Below, piece after piece: positions 11,401 to 21,400 of a DNA stretch of 42,944 bases. Origin of the DNA: a virus (taxonomy: Duplodnaviria > Caudoviricetes); the IMG/VR virus record IMGVR_UViG_3300017754_002694, positions 1-42,944 of that record; one strand, written 5' to 3'. The stretch's first letter is position 1. Each line of letters begins with the position of its first letter. The notes beneath the pieces were generated by a model that made no database searches, had not been told where the DNA came from, and saw only the letters and a program-made list of their open reading frames with translations. The translations under genes were made by a program, and so were the position numbers.

Positions 11401-12959
11401 AGGTAACGAACGGGACTTGGACGGTCCGTTCTGGCGGAGCTTCGTTCACTGCGTTTGCAGACAGCGCAGAGCGTTCGATCGTTCGCATTGGTGACGAGAA
11501 GGTTGAGCTTCCCGACGAGGACGATCTGCCGAAGCTCGTACCGGCTACGTACTATGCGAGCTCGTACGTCTCATCTGACGCAGTCAACATCAACAGGCCA
11601 TACATCGGAGCCACGCAGAACGGGGCACGCATCGTCATCACCAATGCCATCGCGGCTAGCGGGTTTGATGACGATCTGACCGACAATGAGTTCTCGGTAG
11701 GAAGCGGCGGTGGCTACAACATCGCTACGTCCACGTCGAAGGACGCTCTGGTCACCGATCCTCTGTTCGGTTCCATCGTAGACCTTGGCCTTGGATGGAG
11801 GGTCCGCGTCTACAGCAACCTAGGGGCCGGATCTTCGTACCTCTGGCGTCCTTCTGCCGCGCGAGGTCCAACCCTTGGGCAAGGCAATCCGATCCGTGGC
11901 CTGTATGCATTCGATGGCCAGCTGTTCGCCGGAAGCCGTGGATCTCTGTTTGAGGTCGACGACCGCTGGAGAGTAGATGGAGATGACATCGGCCTAGAGT
12001 TCCGCGAGTACAGCGATCGTGTGGTGTGTCCGCATGCTGACATCTCGGACTTCCCGCAGCCGTCTCATGGATCGAATCCTGCCGACATCCGAGTGTGGTG
12101 CTTCGATGCTCGCGTGTGGATTCCGAACCTTGTCGGAGTCCGGACCATAGCGTGGGTTGGCAACGACGGACTTATTGACGATGCGGCGGGCTTTGTTGCC
12201 TGCTCGCGCTGGTGCGCATCGATCGTCAACGGAAGGCCGCGCTTCTCGATTCACTCATCGGACCCTTCAGGTGGTGCGACTCGGCCTTACCGTAGGTACA
12301 ACGCGGATGCTGGATCGACCATTGCCGCCGGCAAGTGGGTTCACATTCGATGGGTGGTTCGTGGCAATGGCCTCGGCGAGCTCGAGATCCCCAGCTGCTG
12401 GATCGACGGCATTCCGTCTACCGTTTCTGTGGATGCAGTCGCGGATGGCTTGACTGGAACTAGGCCGTGGGTGAGCGGAGCGAACTCTGAGTTCATCGTA
12501 GCCGACGAGCTCATCGCGCTAGGCGCTCAGCGAAACATCGCGATCGCTGGTGCGCAGCCCACTTATGGCTTCAGTCCATCCAACACCGCCGGCGATCCGA
12601 TGCAGCCCAACGTCTACAGCGGATGGATCAGTGGGCTGTATGGGAAGCTGTCGGAGATCCAGTGCTTCACGACAACCATCGGCGACAAGCCGTTTGATGA
12701 TGGCGTGGCGTTCAACCCGCTGTCGCCTCCCGTTGCAACGCCAGTGCAGGCCAAGGCTCTGTTCACGCAGACGCCTGTAAGCGAGGTCATGAACTGGACA
12801 TCTGTTGCTGACGGCGACGTTGCGGCGACGATTGTTTCGCATCCGTTCATCAGCCTCACGCACGAGCTTGGCTCGAACGACAGCCCGTTCAGCTTCGCAG
12901 CTGCTGAGCGTAAGCTCTACGTGGCCAATGGTGGCCGCATCGGAGTGATCGATGTCTAG
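8397..12959 (+). CDS. Tail nozzle-like protein, N-terminal part, with inserted LamG/lectin-like domains
   Basis: Begins GGLN...P.....ESPDCLNVDF...SRG as nozzle proteins do; propeller-like blades IRGLYAFDGQLF and KLYVANG; LamG-like segments LVGHWPCDDGG and GKWVHI. Confidence 0.65.
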   Translation: MSGPINQRYSRLWLRHKLPHLAGGLNRGQHPSLLLDTESPDCLNVDFDGISVKSSRGNKKFNNQTAVRPGLLVGTRVPASLIPVFPDKSVPMMSAVYIPYNDAQDIGGVRNEVSDIFAAPADANWALQRGRNFELSVSFRLPEDFKLLGAATLGSKTAPVTNDWKTNLQGEELDEFIAIVQKGGDRLTPMSWALGLVNVGNLLDMDVGGGINGLGFSNATYRNRRSNYALCFMWLDCPQYGVDRPVRARYSLSNTKIWKDETTHISSADGRYPTFAYRAFIAPWFAEPGKNHHVSIALTLDTGSSGLPLTLEPTPSWNNNGSIKVRCCDDYEDLQEFSYDQASPGASTLIRYKGPNDSLEYFSKYGIRWWGKDPMFLGLNQRFAPWTSAGFIPFGIDAAPAENGGYALTDMSAHGSMATIYGERNTPEQPLSGFNIVQATNNYRLGINRPSPATELTGTIFEVNQRGFVLESAAMGTNPGVNWGDASGAWTGIGPQGRSPWGHLHKEWAGLGGSNLAASSGFNPEALRGYRLVLGAVSTAAGFSATSRLAAGQLLSIGTYTFATPPYGGAATQYITTEFKGFVGSVPAFTWASDTTVVGVRAFRWAQRPIVVGDLRIYSGDTGPKSYDLQHDLVSDESGMLVGHWPCDDGGDQIVREAVLQNDGYLMPLGLAKTRTGGVWLSGEGEALTLDIRDNPDLLKQVKAALADGRNGFAINMRVRIGEAYYGLTQRKEVHSRGYIGTATIAGQRIEHRMAPVLAQWSAAVPERTTYAALNQPQTADGVFSPPQPLLELSFADELEGNIVHEVAQRYPMGFSVSCPSNVDSTDWLKKVPGTGATGIHAWWLNGAVAESRWGKSGDWIGRPITIQFGFDPTDTAYQYKIYIAVYDGAEKCFWSQQTIDPREIERSIITIGGSWSCRMREKYITGSPVGYEPQGMSIWESCARMIVDSVTVYACKTPGSLPSVSGQTSPSGNGKTTHPDAINGEPSLDKLEKYPGGGTVKVTNGTWTVRSGGASFTAFADSAERSIVRIGDEKVELPDEDDLPKLVPATYYASSYVSSDAVNINRPYIGATQNGARIVITNAIAASGFDDDLTDNEFSVGSGGGYNIATSTSKDALVTDPLFGSIVDLGLGWRVRVYSNLGAGSSYLWRPSAARGPTLGQGNPIRGLYAFDGQLFAGSRGSLFEVDDRWRVDGDDIGLEFREYSDRVVCPHADISDFPQPSHGSNPADIRVWCFDARVWIPNLVGVRTIAWVGNDGLIDDAAGFVACSRWCASIVNGRPRFSIHSSDPSGGATRPYRRYNADAGSTIAAGKWVHIRWVVRGNGLGELEIPSCWIDGIPSTVSVDAVADGLTGTRPWVSGANSEFIVADELIALGAQRNIAIAGAQPTYGFSPSNTAGDPMQPNVYSGWISGLYGKLSEIQCFTTTIGDKPFDDGVAFNPLSPPVATPVQAKALFTQTPVSEVMNWTSVADGDVAATIVSHPFISLTHELGSNDSPFSFAAAERKLYVANGGRIGVIDV

Positions 12960-15900
12960 CTTCCGCTTCGCAGGGCTACGCAAGCCCAAGAACAAGCCGA
13001 AGGTCCGGCTGGTCAAGACTCCGCTTTGGGAGCCCAATCGGTTCTCTGGAGTCAGCCCAGACAACGATCCGATCTACGGAGCGTCTGGAAACCCAGCGTA
13101 TGGTGCTAGTGCCGTTACGCTGCAGACTCCGGCGGTGACGCAGCAGGTGTTCCACTACAGGCTTCCCGGCACTGCGTACATGGCGCAGGTCGCTGACTCA
13201 GCCATGAAGTGGGATGTCGACAAGTGCTTCGCGTTCAAGTGCTACCTCGAGCTGGACAGCGTGTCTGGTCGCATCCCGGTGTTCTCGCGCCGCGACTCTG
13301 TCGACAACGGAGGACCGTTCATCGAGATCCGTGATGGCCATGTGGTGTGCGGCTGGTACGACACCAAGCTGAAGAAAGAGGTGTACATCAAGACGAGCAA
13401 GCCGGTCATCGAGCCGGGATACGTCTACTACCTCTACTACCGCAAGTGGTTCCCTCGTGGCGGCCATACGCTCACCGGCAACGGTTCTCTGTACTACAAC
13501 GGCGGCAACTGGCTGAACTCAGTCCACTACGGGAACTCCGGAACAACGGCAAACAGAGAGGCGTCGTATGACTCCCTGATTGTTCGCCGTTTCCCGCGCA
13601 CGGCTAACTCAACCGGAGACTTCTACTCTTGGTGCGGATACGACGCAAAGTCACACCGCAAGATTGGTAGCCCCGCCGCCTACTACAACTTCTACAACAA
13701 CATGTCCAGCAACCGGATGTGCGTATCGTTCGTTGCTGCTGACAGCAACTACGGCGCTACTCCTAGTGCTCCGTACGCTGGACCCGCCCTTAGCAGGATG
13801 ACGCCTTCGGGATGCGTCTTCTACAAGCAGGCGCTGGATAAGGTTGCAACCACAGGCAGCATCGTTGCAATACCAACCGCAACGACAAACCTGAGGTTTG
13901 TGTTGGACCATGTCGGGATGCTGCTTCAGATTGAAGACAGCAACGCATCGCCCACTTTCGGCAGCGAAGTGTTCCGTATCGTCGAGATCCTTGATGCATA
14001 CCGCGTGCGTGTCATCAGAGAAGACAGCACGAACCCAAGCTTCGCCTACACGACTGGCAGCCAGTTCATCTCGATCTTCCCAGATGTGTCGCTCGTCAAG
14101 TCTCAAGATTATGACGTGAGCGTTACGCCAGACAGCGCCGACTATGCCATCGAAGTGTTTGGCAGCAGCTTGGCTGGAGACCCGCTGTCGGGCATCTCGC
14201 AGTTCAACGGACGCGCATGGTCGTTTGCATGGGGCATGTTCTCTACAGCGGTGACAGACGGCGCTTCCTACAAGGTCGGCAAGCTGCATGTCTTCGAGGA
14301 CTTCAGCCAGTCTCTCGCCGCTAGGCAGCGAGCCACATGCGGGTGTGAAGCTGGCACTGACGTGTTTGGCCTGCAGGGATCAACCAACCCAGAAGATGGA
14401 TCGCTTCCGCTGCAGGGCGTTCCGGCAGGTGAGCTGCATGCTGAGCTAGGAGGGTTCGCTCGCGTAGCGGTTGATACCGTGAGCGTGACTACGACCTTCC
14501 CTTGGGGAGCGACCGCAACGTTCATCACGGCTCCATCTTCGACGCAGCCTAACGCAACAAACACGATCGCTCTGGATGCCGCGTCGACATCGGCCACGGC
14601 CCTGACCATTAACTACACGCGAGAGGTTGCTCCGGGGACTCGACGGATGCGCATCTCGTTCTATGACCCGGACACCGACGAAGAGGGCGAGCCGGGGGAC
14701 GAGATCTCGTTCAAGGTTCACACCGAGGACACGAACAATCCGAGCGGTCGAGTCGACCTTGTGCTCGAGAACCTTCCGATCTCGACCGAGTCAAGCCGTA
14801 CGGTATGGAGGCGCGTGCGCATGTCGCTGGATGGATCCAGCACGTACTACATCGCGAAGGACATCGAGGACTCGAGCTCGTACTCGGCCTCGGTGCCGAT
14901 CGATGACGTGTCCATGCAGGCGCTGTCAGACCCGATCACGTCCTCGACTCTGCTATCAACCTATGGTGCTCCGCCTCGAGCGCACTATCTGACGTTTGCT
15001 TCTGGGCGACTGATCGCTGCTCGAGTGGCTGGATCCGACAACTCGATCGCGTACAGCAAGCCGGGAGTGTACGGATCTTTCCCTGCGGCGAACGTGCTCC
15101 CTGTCGCATCTGGAGACAGCGACATCACCGGACTGACTTCGCTTCAGGACTCGTTCGTGGTGTTCAAGCGAGGGGCTGTGATCGCCTACGCTTTCAATGA
15201 CGACCTGATCATCCTGCGGCGAGCGGTCACCGGAGACGGATGCATATCTCAGGCATCGATCGCATCGCTTGAAGACCGCATCTACTACATGAGCGACCGT
15301 GGCCCGATGGTGCTCATGCCTGACTACACGCCGTTCTTTGTAGGCTGGCGCATCCAGAATCTGATTCCTGAGTTCGACGGTCTGGCCATGCGTTCCTGCG
15401 CCGCTGGTGTAAGCCGTCAGCGTGGGCAGGTTGTGATGTCTGCTCGCAAGAACACGTCGACCCGCATGAACTCCCGCATCGGCCTTGAGTTCCAGCACCC
15501 GATGAAGGGCGAGGACACAATGCGGGCCGAGTTGATTGCCGGCCACAGGTTCTCGCTCTACGAAGAACCCGCAGCGTGCAGCTTTGCCACGCTACAGCGC
15601 GAAGGAGACACGGAGTTCCGTCTCGTTGCTGGGACGGAGGAAGGCTTCGTGGTGTGGATGGACCGAGACGATACGCAGCTTTCGATGCGCGGAACCAAGC
15701 TTGAGGCCAACCTTGGATCTATCGGCACTGGCACGCTTGCGTCTCGGTGGTCGACCAAGGACATGGACCTTGAGGTGACCGAGCTGGACAAGCTGTTCCA
15801 CTACCTCGACGCCTCGAGGCCCGAGGGCTTGACCGGTACGTTGACGGTCGAGGTCTACCGCAACCGAGCGACCAGCCCGATCGGTACGTTCAACATCGAT

Positions 15901-16053
15901 CTGTCCCAACCCTTCTCTTCGGAGGAGCTTGGCCTGCACTTGCAGGAGGCCCGCTCCTTCCGTCTGCTGTTCAAGCTTCCGGCCAACCACTCTGGTACGA
16001 TCTGGGAGCTCTTGGATCTCGTCATTCGGCATCAGCTTGTCGACAGTAGGTGA
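12952..16053 (+). CDS. Tail nozzle-like protein, C-terminal part
   Basis: Propeller motifs GRL, IAYSKPG, DITGL, VVFK, GCIS and IYYMSDRG; C-terminal WSTKDMDL...K domain; GGAG RBS. Confidence 0.7.
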   Translation: MSSFRFAGLRKPKNKPKVRLVKTPLWEPNRFSGVSPDNDPIYGASGNPAYGASAVTLQTPAVTQQVFHYRLPGTAYMAQVADSAMKWDVDKCFAFKCYLELDSVSGRIPVFSRRDSVDNGGPFIEIRDGHVVCGWYDTKLKKEVYIKTSKPVIEPGYVYYLYYRKWFPRGGHTLTGNGSLYYNGGNWLNSVHYGNSGTTANREASYDSLIVRRFPRTANSTGDFYSWCGYDAKSHRKIGSPAAYYNFYNNMSSNRMCVSFVAADSNYGATPSAPYAGPALSRMTPSGCVFYKQALDKVATTGSIVAIPTATTNLRFVLDHVGMLLQIEDSNASPTFGSEVFRIVEILDAYRVRVIREDSTNPSFAYTTGSQFISIFPDVSLVKSQDYDVSVTPDSADYAIEVFGSSLAGDPLSGISQFNGRAWSFAWGMFSTAVTDGASYKVGKLHVFEDFSQSLAARQRATCGCEAGTDVFGLQGSTNPEDGSLPLQGVPAGELHAELGGFARVAVDTVSVTTTFPWGATATFITAPSSTQPNATNTIALDAASTSATALTINYTREVAPGTRRMRISFYDPDTDEEGEPGDEISFKVHTEDTNNPSGRVDLVLENLPISTESSRTVWRRVRMSLDGSSTYYIAKDIEDSSSYSASVPIDDVSMQALSDPITSSTLLSTYGAPPRAHYLTFASGRLIAARVAGSDNSIAYSKPGVYGSFPAANVLPVASGDSDITGLTSLQDSFVVFKRGAVIAYAFNDDLIILRRAVTGDGCISQASIASLEDRIYYMSDRGPMVLMPDYTPFFVGWRIQNLIPEFDGLAMRSCAAGVSRQRGQVVMSARKNTSTRMNSRIGLEFQHPMKGEDTMRAELIAGHRFSLYEEPAACSFATLQREGDTEFRLVAGTEEGFVVWMDRDDTQLSMRGTKLEANLGSIGTGTLASRWSTKDMDLEVTELDKLFHYLDASRPEGLTGTLTVEVYRNRATSPIGTFNIDLSQPFSSEELGLHLQEARSFRLLFKLPANHSGTIWELLDLVIRHQLVDSR

Positions 16054-16056
16054 CAC

Positions 16057-16791
16057 ATGGCAATAACTCCGGGCGGGGGGTCTAGCCCCCGAAGCGGCGA
16101 CCTTGACTCCCTGCTTGGTGGCGGTGCCATGGTCAGTCTGACGACTGGGTATGGACCTCGCAACATTGGCCTAAGCCAGCTGATGGCAGCGATGATGGCC
16201 AACAACAACGCGAAGACGCCGGCAAACTACGGTCCTGCGCCCAGCGGTACTGGGCTCGGCTTCCTGACCGGCATCAACTACGGATCAACCGGCCTGACGC
16301 AGGAGCAGATGGCTGCCGATCCGTTCGGTGGCGGCTGGAAAAATAACTACACCCCTGCGTTCCTTGCTCAGTTCCTCAAGGGCGAGATGGGTCCGGGCGG
16401 ATACCTAGGTGCTGCATCTCAGACTCGAGCTACGGCTCTCGGTATGGGGCAGATTGTGCGTGGCGGTGAGGCCGACATCGCTGCGCAGCAACGGTCGATG
16501 GCTGCGGCTGGAGTGGCGGCTCCCTCCTTGACCGCAATGCGTTCGGCGAACCAGTCCGTGATGGCCGATCGTGCCCGTTCGTATCTGACCCAACGCAGGT
16601 CCGAGCAGGACGAGATGCGCTTCGATGCGATGAAGGGCTTTGTCGACATGCTGTCGCAGACCGTCGCCTCGCAGAAGTCTCTCGAAGCAAACTACGAAGC
16701 AGCCAAGGCGGGCGCTTCAGCAACGAGGTCTGCTGGAAGAAGCGGAATGTTTGGTGCAATCGTAGGCGGCGCTCTGTCCGCCCTTCTCTAA
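16057..16791 (+). CDS. Putative small internal virion/ejection protein
   Basis: G/A/M-rich with hydrophobic C-terminus GMFGAIVGGALSALL; follows the nozzle genes. Confidence 0.6.
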   Translation: MAITPGGGSSPRSGDLDSLLGGGAMVSLTTGYGPRNIGLSQLMAAMMANNNAKTPANYGPAPSGTGLGFLTGINYGSTGLTQEQMAADPFGGGWKNNYTPAFLAQFLKGEMGPGGYLGAASQTRATALGMGQIVRGGEADIAAQQRSMAAAGVAAPSLTAMRSANQSVMADRARSYLTQRRSEQDEMRFDAMKGFVDMLSQTVASQKSLEANYEAAKAGASATRSAGRSGMFGAIVGGALSALL

Positions 16792-16800
16792 GGAAGCAAC

Positions 16801-18423
16801 ATGGCACAGCAACCCGGACGCTTCAGCTTCTTTGCTCCCACGCCCCAAGCTGTAGACTTCAGCCCGATCCAGCGCGGCGCGGAAGCGCAGGCCAATGCGA
16901 TGCTGGCAGCTGGTCAAGCGATCGGAGGCGGCATCGCCAAAGGCGTGGAACGTGCTGACATCAAGGCAAAGGAGAAGCAGCGCGATACCGACATCGCGAA
17001 CTTCCAGCAGAAGATGACCTCTCCTGATATGACGCAGCCCCTCTCGTTCAGCCCGCTTGAGAGTCGGTTCGGGCCGCAGCTTGCCGAGGCTGATGCGAAG
17101 TACGCATCGGACTCTGCGAGCAACGAGGCTCTCGGTCCGAATGCTCCGAAGATCCCGACGCAGGCTGAGTATCGCAAGACCGCGATCACAGACTATCTGA
17201 CGAAGCAGGGCTACGAGCCTGACCGTGCTGGCCAGATCTATGACCTGCTGAACAACCCCATCCAAGGCAAGATCATCCAGCCCGAGAAGATGATGGAGCT
17301 GCGGGCCGAGGGCCTAGCTCTGGTTGCCAAGGGCTACATGTCGTCGGACGAACTGAACAGTCTGGTCAATGACAACAAGGTCTTCTCGGACCAGAGCGAG
17401 TTCAACCGCTACGTCACCGAGAGCACCAACGCAGTGATGGATCCGGGCACGCTCAGTCCGAGGGCGATGGTCGAGGTCGAGAAGCAGGCCAAGATCGATG
17501 TGATGAAGGAGCAGTTTGCGCTCGAGAACCAGCAGCTGAAGACGCAGCTCGATGCACAGACCGCACGTGACACGGCTGCGCAGACGCGCGCATTGGACCT
17601 TCTCTCCAAGGAGCAAGCAGGAAGAGAGTCGCTGGCAACTCTCAACGCAGAGCTTGACGAAGCCAAGGCCAAAAACGACGTAGAGCGCGAGAAGCAGTTG
17701 ATCGAGGAAAAGACGAAGGCCGAGCGAGCTCTCAATGAACAACGGGGACGAATCGAGCGCAACCTGCTGCAGTTCAAGGATGGCCTTGAGAGTGAGGCTG
17801 GCTCCAAGACATCCGGCCCGAACATGTACGGCAAGTCCGAGCAGGAAGCCGTTGATCAGATGGCTCGGTCGCTGACTGGCGGACAGGCTGCGGCGAGGGA
17901 TGTCTCTATCGTGTCGGTGATCGGCGACACCAAGGATGCTGAGCGTGATGCGCAGAGCATCGTGAACCAGATCGGTCCAATTGCCGGAGGAAAGGTTCCG
18001 GATGCCGTCAAGGCGGCCCGTGTCTACGTTGACACAACGTCTGGACAGCCAGTCGTTGAGGTCTCGATTCCTGCTGACGCAGGTGGCTCTGCGGAGTCCC
18101 GCGCTGAGGTCGATAAGGCCCTGACCAATATCCTCAACCGCAGGTTTGGCAAGGACGTTTTGAACGTCGTCGCGGCTAGTCAGGTGACGAGCGGTGCCGC
18201 GAACGGTCAAAGCCTGCTGAACATCTTCAAGCTCGCGAACGAAGGCCAGCTGCCGATGGGTGCAGCCCTTAGCCAGTGGTCTCTCGAGCGTGCGTCCGCT
18301 GCTCGTGGTGCTACGCAGCGTCCGCCTCCGTCTCCGTCTCCGACTCCGACTCCGCCTTCCGGCACGGGCACGCAGGGTCGAGGCTTGCTTCCCGGTGAAG
18401 ACATCGTCGGTACGATTCGATAA
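16801..18423 (+). CDS. Putative medium internal virion/ejection protein
   Basis: N-terminal GQAIGGGIAKG helix, coiled coils, Pro-rich tail; synteny. Confidence 0.6.
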   Translation: MAQQPGRFSFFAPTPQAVDFSPIQRGAEAQANAMLAAGQAIGGGIAKGVERADIKAKEKQRDTDIANFQQKMTSPDMTQPLSFSPLESRFGPQLAEADAKYASDSASNEALGPNAPKIPTQAEYRKTAITDYLTKQGYEPDRAGQIYDLLNNPIQGKIIQPEKMMELRAEGLALVAKGYMSSDELNSLVNDNKVFSDQSEFNRYVTESTNAVMDPGTLSPRAMVEVEKQAKIDVMKEQFALENQQLKTQLDAQTARDTAAQTRALDLLSKEQAGRESLATLNAELDEAKAKNDVEREKQLIEEKTKAERALNEQRGRIERNLLQFKDGLESEAGSKTSGPNMYGKSEQEAVDQMARSLTGGQAAARDVSIVSVIGDTKDAERDAQSIVNQIGPIAGGKVPDAVKAARVYVDTTSGQPVVEVSIPADAGGSAESRAEVDKALTNILNRRFGKDVLNVVAASQVTSGAANGQSLLNIFKLANEGQLPMGAALSQWSLERASAARGATQRPPPSPSPTPTPPSGTGTQGRGLLPGEDIVGTIR

Positions 18424-18431
18424 TCTAGCGC

Positions 18432-21400
18432 ATGCAGAACACGAACGATCTGAGCGGCTTCAAGAGTGGTGAGATCGTTGACCGTGTGCTTCGCCTCCTC
18501 GAGGTGGAGACGGCTGACGATGACACGCTGACCAAGTACGGTGTCTATGGCGGGCGCAAGTACACGGGCACTCCGCAGGAGCTTGAGGATCTTCGCGTTC
18601 GTTCCCGACAGGCTGTCGACTCCCTGATGGGAGGCCTTGTCTCGTGGGCAGCTTCTGGCGAAGACGGCCGCGTCCGAGCGTACAGCCGACTCGCACGCAC
18701 CGTCGAACTTCATCGCAACCGCAGGAACCCCAAGGGCAGCGATGGAAACGAGGTTCCGCCCGAATGGTCGAGCAAGGCTCGATCGTTCTATGGGATGCAG
18801 GAGGACACCGGACCTACGCTTCGCTATCCGATCGAGGGCGGTTCCGCCGCCACTCCTTGGTTTGTCAGTGGAGGTCAAGCCCCGACTGACCCCAACGAGA
18901 AGGCGTACTACGACTTCCTGCAGGAGAAGACCACGTCGTCAGCATATGCACGTGGACTGTACGACAAGATGATCGATGAGGATTCTGCTGGCAATCCGAA
19001 CCTGAATGAAGCCATCGCTAGCCGTCTCAATCTTGATGCTGGTTTCCTCGAAAGCATGTCTCCGGCTTTCGGTCAGGAACAGCGCCGACGCGCTCAGCTG
19101 TACTCGAAGGAAGCTCGCCTAGATGAGGATACCGGTCGTCGGTTCGTTGATGTGACTGACGACATCGGGAACGTAGTCGAGTCCGTACAGATCCCTGACT
19201 TCACTACGCAACGCACGTTCAGCGTTACCCTTGCGGATGGAACCGAGAAGAAGGTTTCTCTCGGCAAGGATCTGGCTTCTCAGATAGCTGTCGGCCGTGG
19301 ACAAGGGTTCTGGGGTGACACGATCCTCAATGGCCTGTACCACCAGATCACTGACGACACTGGCCGGCACAACATCGAGATTCAGACGCCGTACGGAAAG
19401 CGCCCAGTCCCGATCATCACCGGCAACGCAGCCGTAGATGCCGAGCTCTACAACCGACCCGAGTGGCAGCGCAGCATCGAGGAGATCGACTACGACCACG
19501 GCTTCATGTGGAACGCCGGCAAGACCCTCGTCGGCACGCTCGAATATGTTGGCCTCAACCTAGCCACTCGAGGCGCTCTCAAGGGAGCTGGTGCGCTTGG
19601 CTCCAGAGCTGGGGCTGCGCTGCTCGCCTCCAACCGGATGGCTCCGTTTGCGAAGACGACGGCCGCAGCTCTTAGCAAGGCTGCGATGGAGACTGGTCGC
19701 GTCGGAGGCAAGCTGGTCCCGAAGGCGATTGCGGCTCCCGGTCTCCGCTTCTCCACGGCCGACCTCGCTGGTGAGATCTACTACGACTATGCCGTTGGCC
19801 TAGCGAACGGCAATGGCAATCTGCTCGAGAGCTTCGACTCTGGCACTGACGAGTGGTTCGGAGAGTATGTCTTTGGCTCGATGGCTCGTGGCACCCGCAG
19901 GATCGGCGGGCTGTTCCTGCGCGGCGACATGGGGCGCACGCTATCGAACAAGATTGGCGTCAACCTGACGGGAGTGAGCCCTGAAGATGGAGAGATGTTC
20001 AGGCAGGGCTTGGACATCTTCCACAAGATGCGAGGCGAGATCGCAGAGAAGCAACTCGGTGCGATCCAGAAGGGCATGTATGGCGTAGCTGGTCGCGCAT
20101 GGCGCACTGAAGCCGCTGCGCAATTCGCGGATACTGCCTTCGTTGGCTACATGTTTGGCCGATACTCGGCTGCGCAGATCAATGCTGCAAAGGAAGGCAG
20201 GTCTTGGGAAGACATGAGCCTCGCCGAGAAGACGCAGTACTTCGGCGGCGTGGACTTCATGGACTCGCACGCGATGGGTTCGATGGTCGGCATGCTCGGC
20301 GGTCAGGCCACGTTCACGGCTACGCAGCTGCGCGGTGCGAATCCATTCCGAGAGGCTGGCGCGTTTGGCGAGCAGCTGCTTTCCGAAGATGGCCGCTCTC
20401 AGGTCAAGCAGATGGCCGAGTTCCAGCTCATGGCCATGAGCGCCATGGGCGAGAAGGCCGATCAGCGCGTCGTCCACATGATGGGCCGCGCCTTTGATAT
20501 CTACGCCACGCCCGAGGAGCGTGCTGCGGTCCTCGATGAAGTGGCCAAGGCCGCACGCGAAAAGCTGACCGGAGAAGTGACGGACCCGATGGCCGGCAGT
20601 CTGCGTGCCGGTGACATCTCGGCCACCATTCCGTCGGTGTCGGACGATGAACTGCTCGACTTGGTTAGCCGCGATGGAGGCGAAGAGCTCCTTGTCGCCA
20701 GCTACGCACGTCTGACCAACGAAGAACTGGAACAGCAAGAGGACCGTCTTCGTACCTCGATTGCCAAGGCGCGTGAAGCCAAGGATGGCGATCGCATGCT
20801 TGGCCTTGCCGAGCTTCGCCAGTACGTGCAGAACGAGCGGCTGAAGCGCATGGAGCGCATGGCTAGTGGTGAAGCGGAGACCGATGTCGACACTGAGGTC
20901 GAGGTCGTCGAGTACGAGAATCCGGAAGGCGAGAAGGTAGACGGTCCGTTCTCGGAAGAGCCGAGCCGTGACTCTCTGCCGCGCATCGAGACGATCACCG
21001 ACGACGAACGCAAGGCCGCTTTCGTTCCCGGCATTCGTCAGGTCCAGTCTGCTCCGGGCGCTGCGACTGCAGGCAATGCTCGGTTCTGGTCTGTGACCCC
21101 TCCGAAGTGGCGCAACGCAACGAGGGCCACCAAGCGAGTCGAGGTCGTCGAAGACACGACCGGTCGCGAGATTGTGCTCAGCGTCGAGGTGGATGGCGAG
21201 GCGCTGCCGAAGCTGTTCCCGCATACGACCGAAGGTCTGAAGCAGGCCATGGACTTGGCGCTTGTCGCCAACGGTCAGTACAACGCGAACGACGACATTC
21301 TGGTCGAGGCAGGTCGCGATCCGGAGACCGAGCTGGGCCGGCTGCTCTACGACTACAGCCCGCAGACGACCGCTGGGAAGCTGCTGGCTGACCTTCTGAA

